A stretch of 64,000 nt of DNA from Paraspadella gotoi (taxonomy: Eukaryota > Animalia > Chaetognatha): positions 15,540,532 to 15,604,531 of the forward strand of contig CM119263.1 in the NCBI GenBank assembly GCA_051294375.1, read 5' to 3'. The position numbers and the translations under genes were made by a program. Below the pieces are notes generated by a model. The model had not been told where the DNA came from, made no database searches, and saw nothing but the letters and a program-made list of their open reading frames with translations. The first letter of the stretch is position 1. Every line of letters starts with the position of its first letter. Below, in pieces: positions 24,254 through 35,900 of this stretch.

Positions 24254-27200
24254 TCACTTTTTCTTCTGCACCGTCGGCTTCTTCTTGATTTTGGACGCCG
24301 CCGTCGGCGCACCCGAAGCGCCGTTCGACTCTTTGGAACTTTTATAAGCCTCGGAGGCTTTGGAGGCGCCGCTGAGGACGCCGCCGCTCGATGAGCGACT
24401 GGAAGGAGACTCCGAACTTCCTCTTTCCTTGCCTCTAGAAGTTGAACGCATGCGGCCGCGTGGGGAAGCCCCTTTAAAAAAAAAAGGAAAACTGAGAAAG
24501 ATATATTTTTAAAAATTAGAAAAAAAAAACAAAGATTAATAAATGGATTGTATTAAAAGCGAAAACATTAAATTAAAACACTTTTCATTACGAAATTCTA
24601 CTAAAATCATTTTCAACGATCGACCCATAGTACCAAACTCATCAATTCACTCACCTTTAACTGGACTCTTTTCAGGCGACGACAAGAGACTCTTTCCTCT
24701 CCCCGAGGCCACGGAGCCGGGCTCGTCTCCTTCGTCCACCTCCTCGTCGATGGTGTTGTCTGGAAGGCCTCCATCTCCGGCGAGATTTCCGGCCGATCCT
24801 CGTTCCGCCTGACGCAACTCTTCCCGACATCTCTTCAACTGTTCCTCTAGGCGAGTTACCCGCGCCTCGGCTTCTTGAGCGCGTCTTTCCGTGCTCATCA
24901 ACTGTTTCTTAAGGATGCCAACGGAAGCCAGAGCCTCGAAAGCCCGGCGCATGTCGGGGGCCTCTTCTGGGTTGGCTCCCTCCTCGACGACCGATTCCGG
25001 AGGTGGGGCTTCGTCGTCGCGGGGAAGAGGCTTCTTATGGGTGTTTTGGTCGAAGCCAATGAACTGTAACTCATCTCCCTTGGGCGTCTCTTCTTCCATC
25101 TCTTTCTTTTCTTCCTTTCCTGGGTCCGTTGATTTCTTTTCCTCCCCTTCCTCTTCATCCTCCTTATCCTCGTCGTCGGCAGCTGCTTCGGCCGCCGCAG
25201 CCTCCGCCGCTGCTGCCGCCGCATCCAAAACCCTTTCCATCTGCTTGGCTGAAGCATTTGTCTGCTGCTGCGGCAGAACGCCGACTCTTTGTGCTTCGAA
25301 AGCTTGCATTTCGCCGAGAAGAAGCTTGGCGACAAGCACCCACTCATCGCACTCTTGGCTGACCTACGTTGAAAATTTAAAGATTTGATTTCGAATTTAA
25401 TTATTTTTTGAAGACAAATAAACTTTATTTTGTCATTTTTTAGAGATTTGTGAAACAATATATCCAAGCGCACCTTCTGCAAATCCACCACTTCGTGCTC
25501 GGCGTCCGGATCTCCCAACGCCGCCTTGTTCTGTCGGATTTCCTGGACGACGTCAACGCAGCAGTCGATGATCTGCCTGGAAAAGGTCTTCAGCCGCTGG
25601 CAGAGGTTGGTCGCGTCGTTGCTGAGCTCGTACGGCGTCCGGATGCCGTGGAGGGCGACGACAGCGGCGGCTTCGGAGGCGGACGGATGATCGGGCGCCA
25701 GCCTGACCAGCATCCTGACCATCCATCTCACCATGTCGGTGTGAAGCTCGGTCGCCTCCTCCGTGACCCGGGCGTCCTCGCTGTCCACGGCCGTCGACGA
25801 CATCGTCATCCACTTGTGCACGCGTCCGAACATCTTGACGACGTCGATGAAGTTAGCCGGTTTGTCTACGAGCCTTTCCTCCGCTTTTTGAGTACTTCCC
25901 ACGCCCTGCTTGGCGTCTTCCAGCAGGGAGGCCCATTCACCCATGAGGCCAAAGAGGCGCGACCACTGAGCGTCGGGAATCGCGCCGCCAGACAAAAATC
26001 CCTGAAGACGCTGTTCCCAATTTTCGACGAGATTGAGAAGAGAAACGACGCAGTGAGCGACGCCGTTCTCGCCCGTGATGCGCACGCGGTATTGTGCCAG
26101 CATTTCCCGGATCTCGTCGTTCATCTCGCGCATTTTTTCTCGCATGGGGTGTTCCTTTTCGCCTTTTCGGTGCCGATTGAAAATTCGGACCGAGCATTCC
26201 GTCCACTGATCAACGAGCCCGTTGAGAATCCTCAAGTTTTCCGTCCGCGTCAGTAAAAGCTCTCCGCCGATCTTTTCCGCTTCTCCATTGAGTAGTTCAA
26301 TCCACGCGCTCATGTCGGCGGTGAGGCGTTGGATGAACCCGGGTTCCGGCGACCGTACAAACCGCGCACGGTCATTTACGACGACACCCACAAAGTCGTT
26401 GGTCCACTGACGAACAGCGAAAAGGATCTTGTCCATGTTGTCCACAGTTTCGCGCTCCTTTTGGCAAACTTCCTTGTTGAAGGCTTCCATGTTGTCCCGC
26501 CATTGTTCGACGATGAGCTGTAACTGCGCCAGCTCATCGGTGTCCTTGTCGGATAAGAGGATGGCAAAGTGTAGGGCCAGTTTAGACCAACTCTTTTCGG
26601 CGACGTGGAGGCGTTTGGTTGTGATCAGATTCTTCTCTTCCATGACTTTGAGAGCGAGATTGTAGGCTGCGCCGCTCCACAACTCTTTCTCCGCCATCAG
26701 CCCCGCGATCTGGAAGTGATGGAAATTTTATATGAAATTGGTACAACCAATATAAAAATTATCCATTCATTTAATAAATAATATATATTATATATTATTA
26801 TTATATAATATTATATATTGCAGCGAGAAATTTTAAACCGTATTTGTTAATTGTTCAATAAGTTTACTAAAGTTATTTTTGCAAGTGATTTATTTGTATT
26901 ACAAATAAAAAGAATTTAAGAAGAGGGAAAAGAAAGAGCAATAAGACGAGTGAGACGATCAAATTAAAAAAATATTCATTCTATGATGGGATTTATTTAA
27001 TATTTTGGGTTTCATGTTTTATTTCCTAAAATATTTTAAAAATACGTATACGTATATTAAATTTTTTGGGACAATGAACGAATTCATTCCCTTATAAAAT
27101 CAAACCTACCCACCTGACCCTCGAGCCGATGCCGCTGCAGCTCGTACAATCCGTGATATTCTTCGAGCAAGTTGGCGTTCTTCTTGGCTTCGGCCAATGC

Positions 27201-28612
27201 AGCCTTCAACTCCTCTTGCGCCGCCTTTGACTGCCGCGAGACGAATGCGTCGTGCTCCTTTAGAAAGTTCAATTCTTCCGTCAACTTGGCGATGGTCGTT
27301 TTGAATTGCGTCAGCTCCTCCGTCAACCGGCGGTCCAGCGCACGCTGCGCGAGTACTTCTTCGTAGAGCGAGCTGATTTGACGGGGAATTCTGCTGAGCA
27401 TGCGGTTGTAACGATCCCGCAGTCTCGCCAGGAGTTCCCCGCGTTCGGCGCAGTCGACCGTCGTTTGACGGATGAGCTCGTGAAAGACGAGGTTGTACAC
27501 GGTCTGTTCCTTGCGCATGATCTCGAGAATGTTGTGCATCTGGGTCGGGCCAGTCTCCTCGGCCTCGACCTCGTCGACGCCGGCTTTTTGCAAGAGGTCG
27601 TCCATTACCTGATGGAAAGGGGAAGAGTTAGAAGTTGCAATGACGAAAAACTTACCTCCGTGAAAAAGAAAGATGTATTAGAATTTAGCATGTGAGTTTT
27701 GATATTTACCTTCCTCAGCTGCCGCACTTCTTTTCTCCCGCTCGGTCTCAGGGATGGAAACTGGGTAAGGTGAGCCTCATGCTTCGATGGTTGAGTGGAG
27801 TATCGATCCTCGATGTAATCCAATCCCAGGATACCGCGTGACTTGACGACGTGATACTCTCCCGGAACGATGCTGCTGGGGACGTCATCCTTCGATTCAG
27901 ACTCGTCGAAACTACCGTCGACCACGAACGCGCGACCTCTGCGGTAGAAGAAACAAGAAAATAAAAAGACTGAATAATAACAAACACTGACAACTAAAAG
28001 TCGCTTCCAATACTTCAAAAGCGTTGTTAAAGTTTAACGACAAACATTAACAACAAAATTTCAACCAAGTCAGATGCTATCGTTTTAATCGAAATAAAAA
28101 GTAAAATTGTGTGTTAGGTTAGGCTGATAGAAAAAAATTCATACAGTCCCTAATAATTACAATCACAACCCTCTCCAACCAACTGACCCTGTCCCCACAG
28201 TCCTGTCCCGACTCGGATCGCGTCTCTCCTCTCCCGGCGTCCGCCCCGACGTCTCTTCCTTCGTCAGATGGCGCGAATCGTAGAGAAAAGAGACGTCGCG
28301 ACCGACGCCGCAGGTGCAGGGCGGCCGATCGGTCAGATGCCGGAACTTTTCCCGACGCTCGGGGTAGTTCCAGACGCTGTCGGGTCTTCCGCGGGCGGCG
28401 AGAGGACGGAGCCGAGTCTTGGAAGAGACCGAATCGGCGTGGAAGGGTTGCTGTAGGATTTGGAGGATCTCTTCGGGTACGTGGTCGAAGGTCGCGGCGT
28501 CTTCGGTGGCCTCATCGCGCGGCGAGGCGACGTCGACGACGGGATTGTCGAGGCGAGTCGCTTCCGGTTTGGGAAGGATGTTGCGACTCGGCGGAGGAGT
28601 TGACATGGACAT
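24254..28612 (-). CDS. AXDND1: Axonemal dynein light chain domain-containing protein 1-like (~6 exons, ~1,000 aa)
   Basis: Ax_dynein_light-type motif EQTVYNLVFHELIRQTTVDCAERGELLARLRDRY followed by a coiled coil and a long helical region. Exons at ~28612-28190, 27941-27710, 27608-27113, 26709-25473, 25363-24655 and 24471-24254. The length fits AXDND1 rather than the short DNALI1. Confidence 0.85.
26733..26781 (-). repeat. Short copy of an interspersed repeat family (other copies at ~32130-32227 and ~51402-51630)
   Basis: The reverse complement reads ttatttattaaatgaatggataatttttatattggttgtaccaatttca, near-identical to 32188-32226 and 51587-51631. Confidence 0.8.
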
Positions 28613-28913
28613 GGTTTGTTTTTAATTATGAGTGTGGCCACTGCGGCCGAATTAGTGTTTGACTGATAACTATTGTTTATGAATTTTGGTATACTCGGCT
28701 TATCTACCTGAATTCATAAAGATTACAAACAATTTGAGTCCAAGAAGTTTTTATTCGTCATTTTCGTAACGTTAAATTAAAAGAAAAGAATTTGTTACTT
28801 ATAAGTCTTATAATGTATTAATTTGACGAAATAGGATTTCAAAGAACTTCATAAAAATGATCATAGTTGCGGCGTTTTGCTAATGCTGCCAAAACCTAGC
28901 TTTTTCAGACAGA

Positions 28914-28926
28914 GTATCCCGGCAAC
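28914..28926. promoter_or_regulatory. Candidate RFX X-box ~300 bp upstream of the AXDND1 ATG
   Basis: GTATCC-C-GGCAAC has a perfect GGCAAC half-site and one mismatch to GTNRCC-N0-3-RGYAAC. An inverted CCAAT (gattgg) lies at ~28945. RFX regulates animal ciliary genes. Confidence 0.4.
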
Positions 28927-29170
28927 GGATCAACAAATGGCTTTGATTGGCCAGAACTAGGTCGAGTCAACCAACTCGACAACCACTAAAAGACGATTAC
29001 AAAAAACATAAAAAAGAGAGGGCGCATAATCCGATTCTAAACTTTTTTTTTCCAGACGAGTATGGACAAATTATTAGTCCTAACCGGAATGTTGTTCATG
29101 GGTTGCAGAAATATATCAAAATAACTAAATAAGTACTATCAGTTTTTCTAGTCATAACGATGGTAAAATT

Positions 29171-29354
29171 TTACTTTCGCCAACCGGGGTTTTGGTGTCT
29201 ATTAAAAATCACTTAAAATTATTTATTTTTAAAAAAATTTCAAAAGAATTATTATCCTAACCTTAAACCCTCTTAACCCTAACCACCCCTAACCCTAAAC
29301 CACCCCTAAACCATATAACCTTAAACCCCCTTTAACCCTGGTCGGCGAAAGTAA
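29171..29354. mobile_element. MITE-like element with 21-bp TIRs and internal telomere-like (TAACCC) repeats
   Basis: Left TIR ttactttcgccaaccggggtt (29171-29191) and right TIR aaccctggtcggcgaaagtaa (29334-29354) differ at 2 positions. Internal cctaacc/taaccc/taaaccc units; followed by (TA)n. Confidence 0.65.
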
Positions 29355-30505
29355 TATATATATATATATTAAATATTATATTATATATATACTACTAAAA
29401 TAACTAACTATATATTATATATATATATTAACCCATTATATATTAACCCAACATAATCTACATAATCTACATACATCTATCTAAGAAAAGGCCTGTTTTA
29501 AATTTTTATTCAAGTTTAAATCCTAAAACTTTCTCCAACTGGATCGATCCTCCTGGGTGGGTCGAAGCGGCCCGGGTTTAATAGGAGGAAGATAAGTTCG
29601 ATGAAGAGGAGGAGGAGGAGGAGGAGGATTTCGAAATGAGGAACACAAGTGCCTTGGTTGAAAAAATACACTAAACTCTCTTCCTCTTCTTCCACTCGAT
29701 TTTTATCTCGCTCCTAAGGATTTTCACTGCGGCCTTCGATAATTGGATATCTCAAGGAGAATCCCTACATTTCTCACTTTTCTGCGCAATAGACTTTCGC
29801 CCGTGAAAATATATTATTCTGACAAGTTTAAATGCTTTAACGAGAAAGTTTAAATTAATTACTAGATGGGGCATTCCTGACGAAAAATTTGTCGTCGTTC
29901 GGGATTTGGAACAGGTTTTCTATCTTCGGGTCACGGTATTAGTGTCGTGTGCGCGGCGATGCTGCTACCGGGTTTTGGGGATGTGGATTTTTCTGATTGC
30001 GATTTTGCGAAACAAAATGAAAAAAAAATGCGTCCGCGTATAAAACACAAAATAATATTTTTTTTTTAACGAACCGCTGGACTAAATTTAGAAATCACCA
30101 AGTATGACTCCGCTCACTGTTTTGTCTTTTATATTTTATCGTAAATCCTATAAATTGCGCTCGTGTCGGAAATTACGTAGTGGTTTTTTTGCGATAGATG
30201 AACAAAAAACTTCCTCATTCAATTTTCGATCCTTGTTTAAAAAAAAGAAAAGAAAGAAAATAAAAAGATATGAAAAAAAAGGAAGAAAAATTCAAAGATC
30301 CCTTTTTTCTCCCTGCATATTTCTCTAAATCATTGTTGATCTTCTTACGTTTCAGAAAGAAAATCAGGAATCGTGCTTCGCCTGGAAATTTCCCTTCGCC
30401 GTTTCTTTAGAGAACATCGAAAGTAGTCCAAGAGACAAGAGTCTAAATTATACAATGTAACTGTGTACAATGTAACGATGTAACTACTTTCTCCAACGAT
30501 AGAAA

Positions 30506-32838
30506 ATGTTATCGTCGCTCTTGCGCGACCACGGAGCGGCGCTGGTCGCGATGGGGGCGTGGCCCCCGGCCGTGCTCGGTCTCGCCTCGCTCCTCCAACC
30601 CTCAAAATCTCCCGCTTCGACGTCCTCATCTCCCGACCGGAAGTTGCGTCGTTACCGTCGCGTCGTCGACGCCTTTTTCGAGGTACGATCGAAGAGCGAC
30701 TGGGAAGAGGCCGTGGAAGCACTGGACGAGCGATTGCGGACCTGCGGCGTGTTAGCGTTTCATTGCGAGTGGGACAAGGGCGTCGAGGAAGAGGACGAAG
30801 CAGGTAGCGCCGAACCCGCGTCCCCGGTGCTGCATCTGGCCACTGTCGACGGATGTTGCGTTCGAGTGACGCTTTCACTTCTCCTCGCGTCTTCCTCCTC
30901 CGGCGAATCCTCTCCTCTTCCTCCGTCTCTCCTTCGCATCCTCGCCGATCCGTCCGTCCTTAAAGTGGGCGTCGATCCGTTGCCCGTCTCCGCCCGTCTC
31001 GAAAGTTCACCCTTCGCCCTACAGCTCCGCCCCTGCCTCGACCTCCGCGCCGTCGTCGTCCACGCACTTCGCGTAGACGCCCACCGCGTGGCGAGTCTCA
31101 AGACGATGGCCGAAGCGGTGCTGAACCGGACTGTGGAGCTGGAGGAGTCGACGAGATCGGAGCAGCGAAGTGGAGGAGCGAGAGAGATGAAGCAGGAAAG
31201 GGAGAGAGCGATGAGTCGCAGTCCTCAATCCAGACGAAGGTGGTGATTGTGGTTTTTGTTGTTTTGTTTTTTTTCGTTGTATTTTTTTCAGCTGATACTT
31301 TTTACTAAGTACTAGGTCTATTATTGCTAAAATAACTAATAATTACAGAATAAGATTTATTTTCCCAAGGTCGGAGCGGTCGTCGTCTTCGTCCACTCCC
31401 CAGCGTCTCGTCGATCCGGCCCTCATCGTTGCTGACGTCTTTAAGGAAGCGGCTCTGACAAGCGTTAGAGGCGGAAGCTGCTACTGCGGATTCTGCAGCG
31501 GAACCGACAAACCATCTAAAGAGTTTTGGGAAAAAGCGGGTATGGGACGTTCATAGATTGATTGGCTATAAATTTGGTGATTGTTTCAATAACAGGTGAT
31601 CGATTTATTCACTTCATTCATTCATTTACTTCATATATGCTTATTTTTATTTGAAAATTGATTGATTGAAAAATGGCTTCTTTTACAGTGTCCGAGTATG
31701 AAGACCTCGTTGACGCTCCTTTCGAACTGCCTCAAACAACCCTCAACGACATAGCAAAAGGATCTCGAATTAATCTCAACGAATGTCAATTGCAACGTCC
31801 TGATGGAGAAGCCATTTGTTTTTGCCCCAACGACGTGTCAGAGTGGTGAGTGAAAAGAATTTGATGGCGGTACCAGAACAGATCGATTCTCTTTATTCGA
31901 TTATATCTGACTTTCGAAGTGGTGAGTCATGCGATTGTTATCATTAACTGAGAGAAAGAGAGAGAAAAAATTAAAAAAACAAATAGTACAAAAAAGGGAA
32001 GAAAAAAAAGAAATAAAGGTAGAAAAATGACGGAAAAAAGATATAGAACAACAAGTATGGAGCTAGTGCGGAGTACAATAGTATTCCCCGATCTAATGTT
32101 TGAGGGAGTGGTCTTTTCATTCAATTGAAACATTCATTGAAATCTTATACCGCTTCATTGGTAGCGAGGTCAGGGGCAAGATAGCTTATTTATTAAATGA
32201 ATGGATAATTTTTTATATTGGTTGTATAATAAATTATCGTTATCAAGGTACGTGAATCGAGGTTTGGCCCACCCTTCAAAACCCAGCGAACCTCCCGCCG
32301 TTCGCCTCGACTTTTTTCCGGAGACGCCCCCTCTTAAATACCTAACGACTCAACCTGTTCAACGCCAATCGGACTCAACGGAGGTCGAACCATTGTCGAA
32401 TGGCGTCTATTACATCCGGGGTGTTGGCTGCGTCTGCGTCGTTTGTGGCGAAGATGAAGAGTTTGTTCTTTGGAAAGATATCGTGCCGAAGGTAACGTAA
32501 CGTAACTAACTTATTCTTTATTTTTCAAAATGTGTGCTTTTTTTATGTTATAAGAAAAATGGTTGGGCTGATTCTGTTTTCCCATTGTACCTAACTTGAC
32601 TAGGAATACCGAGAACTCTTTCCCGTCTCGAAAGAGCTATCTTTTGGCGACGACAACAACGCCGACGATCTCGTTTCCATGTGCGTTCAATGCCTCAAAA
32701 AATCTAATGAGTTCGATTTCGAATTTCGCGAAGAATTATTTCGACGATGCGGAGACATTACGGAAGGTATAGAATTATTAAAGATTATTATTAATACCAT
32801 CACAACCCATAATTTTTAATTGACCTTTGTTTAACTCA

Positions 32839-32937
<99 letters not shown>

Positions 32938-35900
32938 CTCCCTCCCCCTTTTATTTTATTTTCATTTTCACTCTTTTCCTTTGAAAGGCAAACGGGTGCA
33001 AGGATCTCATTTTAGTTCTGCATCCAACGTCGTCAACCGGAAGTCGTTCGACGCTGAGACGAGCGATTCGGAGTTGAAATCTCGCGCCGAGAGGGTGAGA
33101 CAAGTTTGTGTTTTCAGATGCCCATCACCTTATCGCGCATACTATCTACCAAAATCAATTAATATTTCTGTCATCATTTAATATTTTATCGAGGTCGTTG
33201 ATTGGATGGCGATATCCCGTGACGACGACAGCGGTAACCTTTTTACGAAACTGCAGCTCCTCTGGCGGCAAAACTTTTTTGACAACATGAACCCAAAACT
33301 GTATCCCAATCCTCGGAAAGAAACGGCAAAAATAAAAAATACAGAAGACTCATTCGGAAGAGTGAAAAAAGATGGCAATAATGAAATAAGTTCCAAATTA
33401 GGGGAAGAAGATAAGCAAGCTCAGAAAGATGACGTGAAAGAGGAGTCTTTTGGAAGTGATGACGACGCCAACAGCGTGATAATCGGAAATGTTTCTTCGC
33501 AATCTCGCGACTCTGTCCCTCAAACCTTGCAAGTCGTTTCATCGGCCAAGTCTGAAGGATTCTCTTTGGCAACGGAACAATTTCCGATGTACCAAAGCGT
33601 TGCCAACTTCGCCGTGGAACCCGTAGTGCGACAACCAAATGTCGAGTCTCCGGAGCCGATGAAGGACTCAATGGAAATGGGCGTGGTCGGCTTCGACTCG
33701 TTGCTCTCAGTGTGGTCCGTGGGTCAGTGGACCGTTTTAAGGTCCTTGATCGCTAGCGTCGAGAAACGAAATAGGGATATGCTTTCTGGAGAAGCGGGCC
33801 AGCACCAAACTCTTCACGGATTAGAAGCGGGTTTGAGCGCTTGGACCGCCGGTTTATCAGTGATCGTTCAGCAACTTTTCAACATAAAAATGCAAAGGGA
33901 ATCTCAAAAAGCGAAGCACGTGACAGCGTTGAGAGAAACAAATGGAAGCGATCCGAGTTCCATGCTCAGAATAAAGCCGAAAAATTTATCTAATCTCGCC
34001 AAAGAAGAGGTAGATTCGGCATTGACAACATCCTCGAGAGAACTCATATTAGCAGTATGGACACTTGGTCTTTGGCCTCAAGTAAAAGCTCTGAAAAGTA
34101 CCAGCGTCGATAACATAAGCGGTAATTTATTGAATATTTGGAGCTTAGGTCTTTGGACAATGGTAAAATTGATTTTTGAAAAGAATGGACTTAGCTTGGA
34201 ACAACTAAAAATTGATTCTGCAGCGTTAACGTTGAACCACGAAAGAAATATACCACTAGTCAGCGAACCTGTTCAACCTGTTCATAGTGATTTACGTGAA
34301 GAACTTTGTCAAATTTATTCGTCGGACTTGCAATCATTGTTCTTATCTTTTTGGACATTAGGTGCCTGGCCCTACATTAAATTCATTCAGACAGAACTTT
34401 TAAAAAGAGTTGAAAGTCATACATTACAGGAACCTGCAATAGCAAAAATTGAAAAGGAGGAAGAATCGGAGCATATGACCTCAAACAGTATGAAGGTTCA
34501 ATTCGAGGAAAAAGAAGATGATTCCATTAAATTAGTAAAAAGACAGATTAAAACTTTTAAACCAAAAATTAAAGATGAGAAATCTACTGATAGTTTTGAA
34601 CATATAGAAATAAAATCAGATGATCAGTCAATTGGAAAATCAGTAACAATTCTGAACCGTCAAGGTCTCAACTGTCTTGTTTCGGCTTGGACCTTTGGGT
34701 TATGGGATTTTTTTACTTTATTGTTGAATCAAAAACATTGCTTGTCCTCGACCAATTTTCTTGAAAATCTAAAAGAAACTAATCATTTACCTAAAACTGA
34801 AATAGATGCTAAAATTAAAGCAATTCAAAACCAAAGGTCTTCAGTGGTAGCTAATTCAGACAACCTGTCTGCTTTTATGTTTTTATGGACCTTTGGTTGT
34901 TGGCAAATTTTTATTCAGTCTTTTAAGGAATTAATGCAAATTATTGGGCTTGGAAAGAATTCCATAGTTAGTCCACAAACAGAAATGAGCGATGACACTG
35001 TGGTGAACAAAAACATTTCATCAAAACCATTACATGAAAAAACACTTGAGAAACTCGGACAGGAAAATATTTCAGATAATATACCAATATATAACCTAAA
35101 TGGACATGGTTTGAATTATATTCTTTCTATGTGGACTTGTGGTTTATGGGATTTTTTACAAATTATGATAAAACAAGAATCCACATTATGGCCAGATATT
35201 TTCAAACAAGAAGCAACATTACCCCAATCTTCCCAGGCTATAACTTTTGATAGAAATATTCGTCTGGTTCCAGGTCGTGAAATAGCACAAAAATCAGTGG
35301 AAAGTACTACAGCTGCTTTTGATGCTCTTTTTGATTGTTACTCCTTCGGAATCTATACTTCATTACGTGATTTTCTATATTCTATTTGTGAGACTAAATT
35401 ACTTTTTAATGATCCAAACAAATCTGCTAGAGATTTACTGTTCACCTTGTGGACATTTGGAAGTTGGTCAATTTTCAGAACATTACAAAACCCTAAGAAA
35501 GTAACCATGTATGAATTATATTCTAAAAGTCTTTCAGCAGAAAATTCTTCAAAAAGTTTACCTAAATACAAAGAAAATAAAATCAATACAGTCAAAAAAT
35601 CCGAATTTGAGTATGATATAATTGATACAAATGCTATGTTTTACAGTATATGGACTTTAAATGGCTATTCAGTAATTAAAGATATCCTTAAATTTATTAA
35701 AAACAAAGGGAGAAACTTATATTATGCTTCTGAAACTACTCAGTCTAACAATGCACCTAAAATTCTTAAGGTTATTTCATCACCAAAAATAAAAACTAGA
35801 ACAATTCCTAAAAGTAAAAAAGAAAATTTTAATAGGGAAACAGAGTTTTTAATTCGAAAAGTAACAAAAGAAAAACCAAATATAGCAATTATAGATCTGC

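Noticed and set aside
25450-26256. Long antisense ORFs over AXDND1 (also over the F-box and ATPase exons)
   Set aside because: Shadow frames of GC-rich coding exons, with no independent splice or motif evidence.
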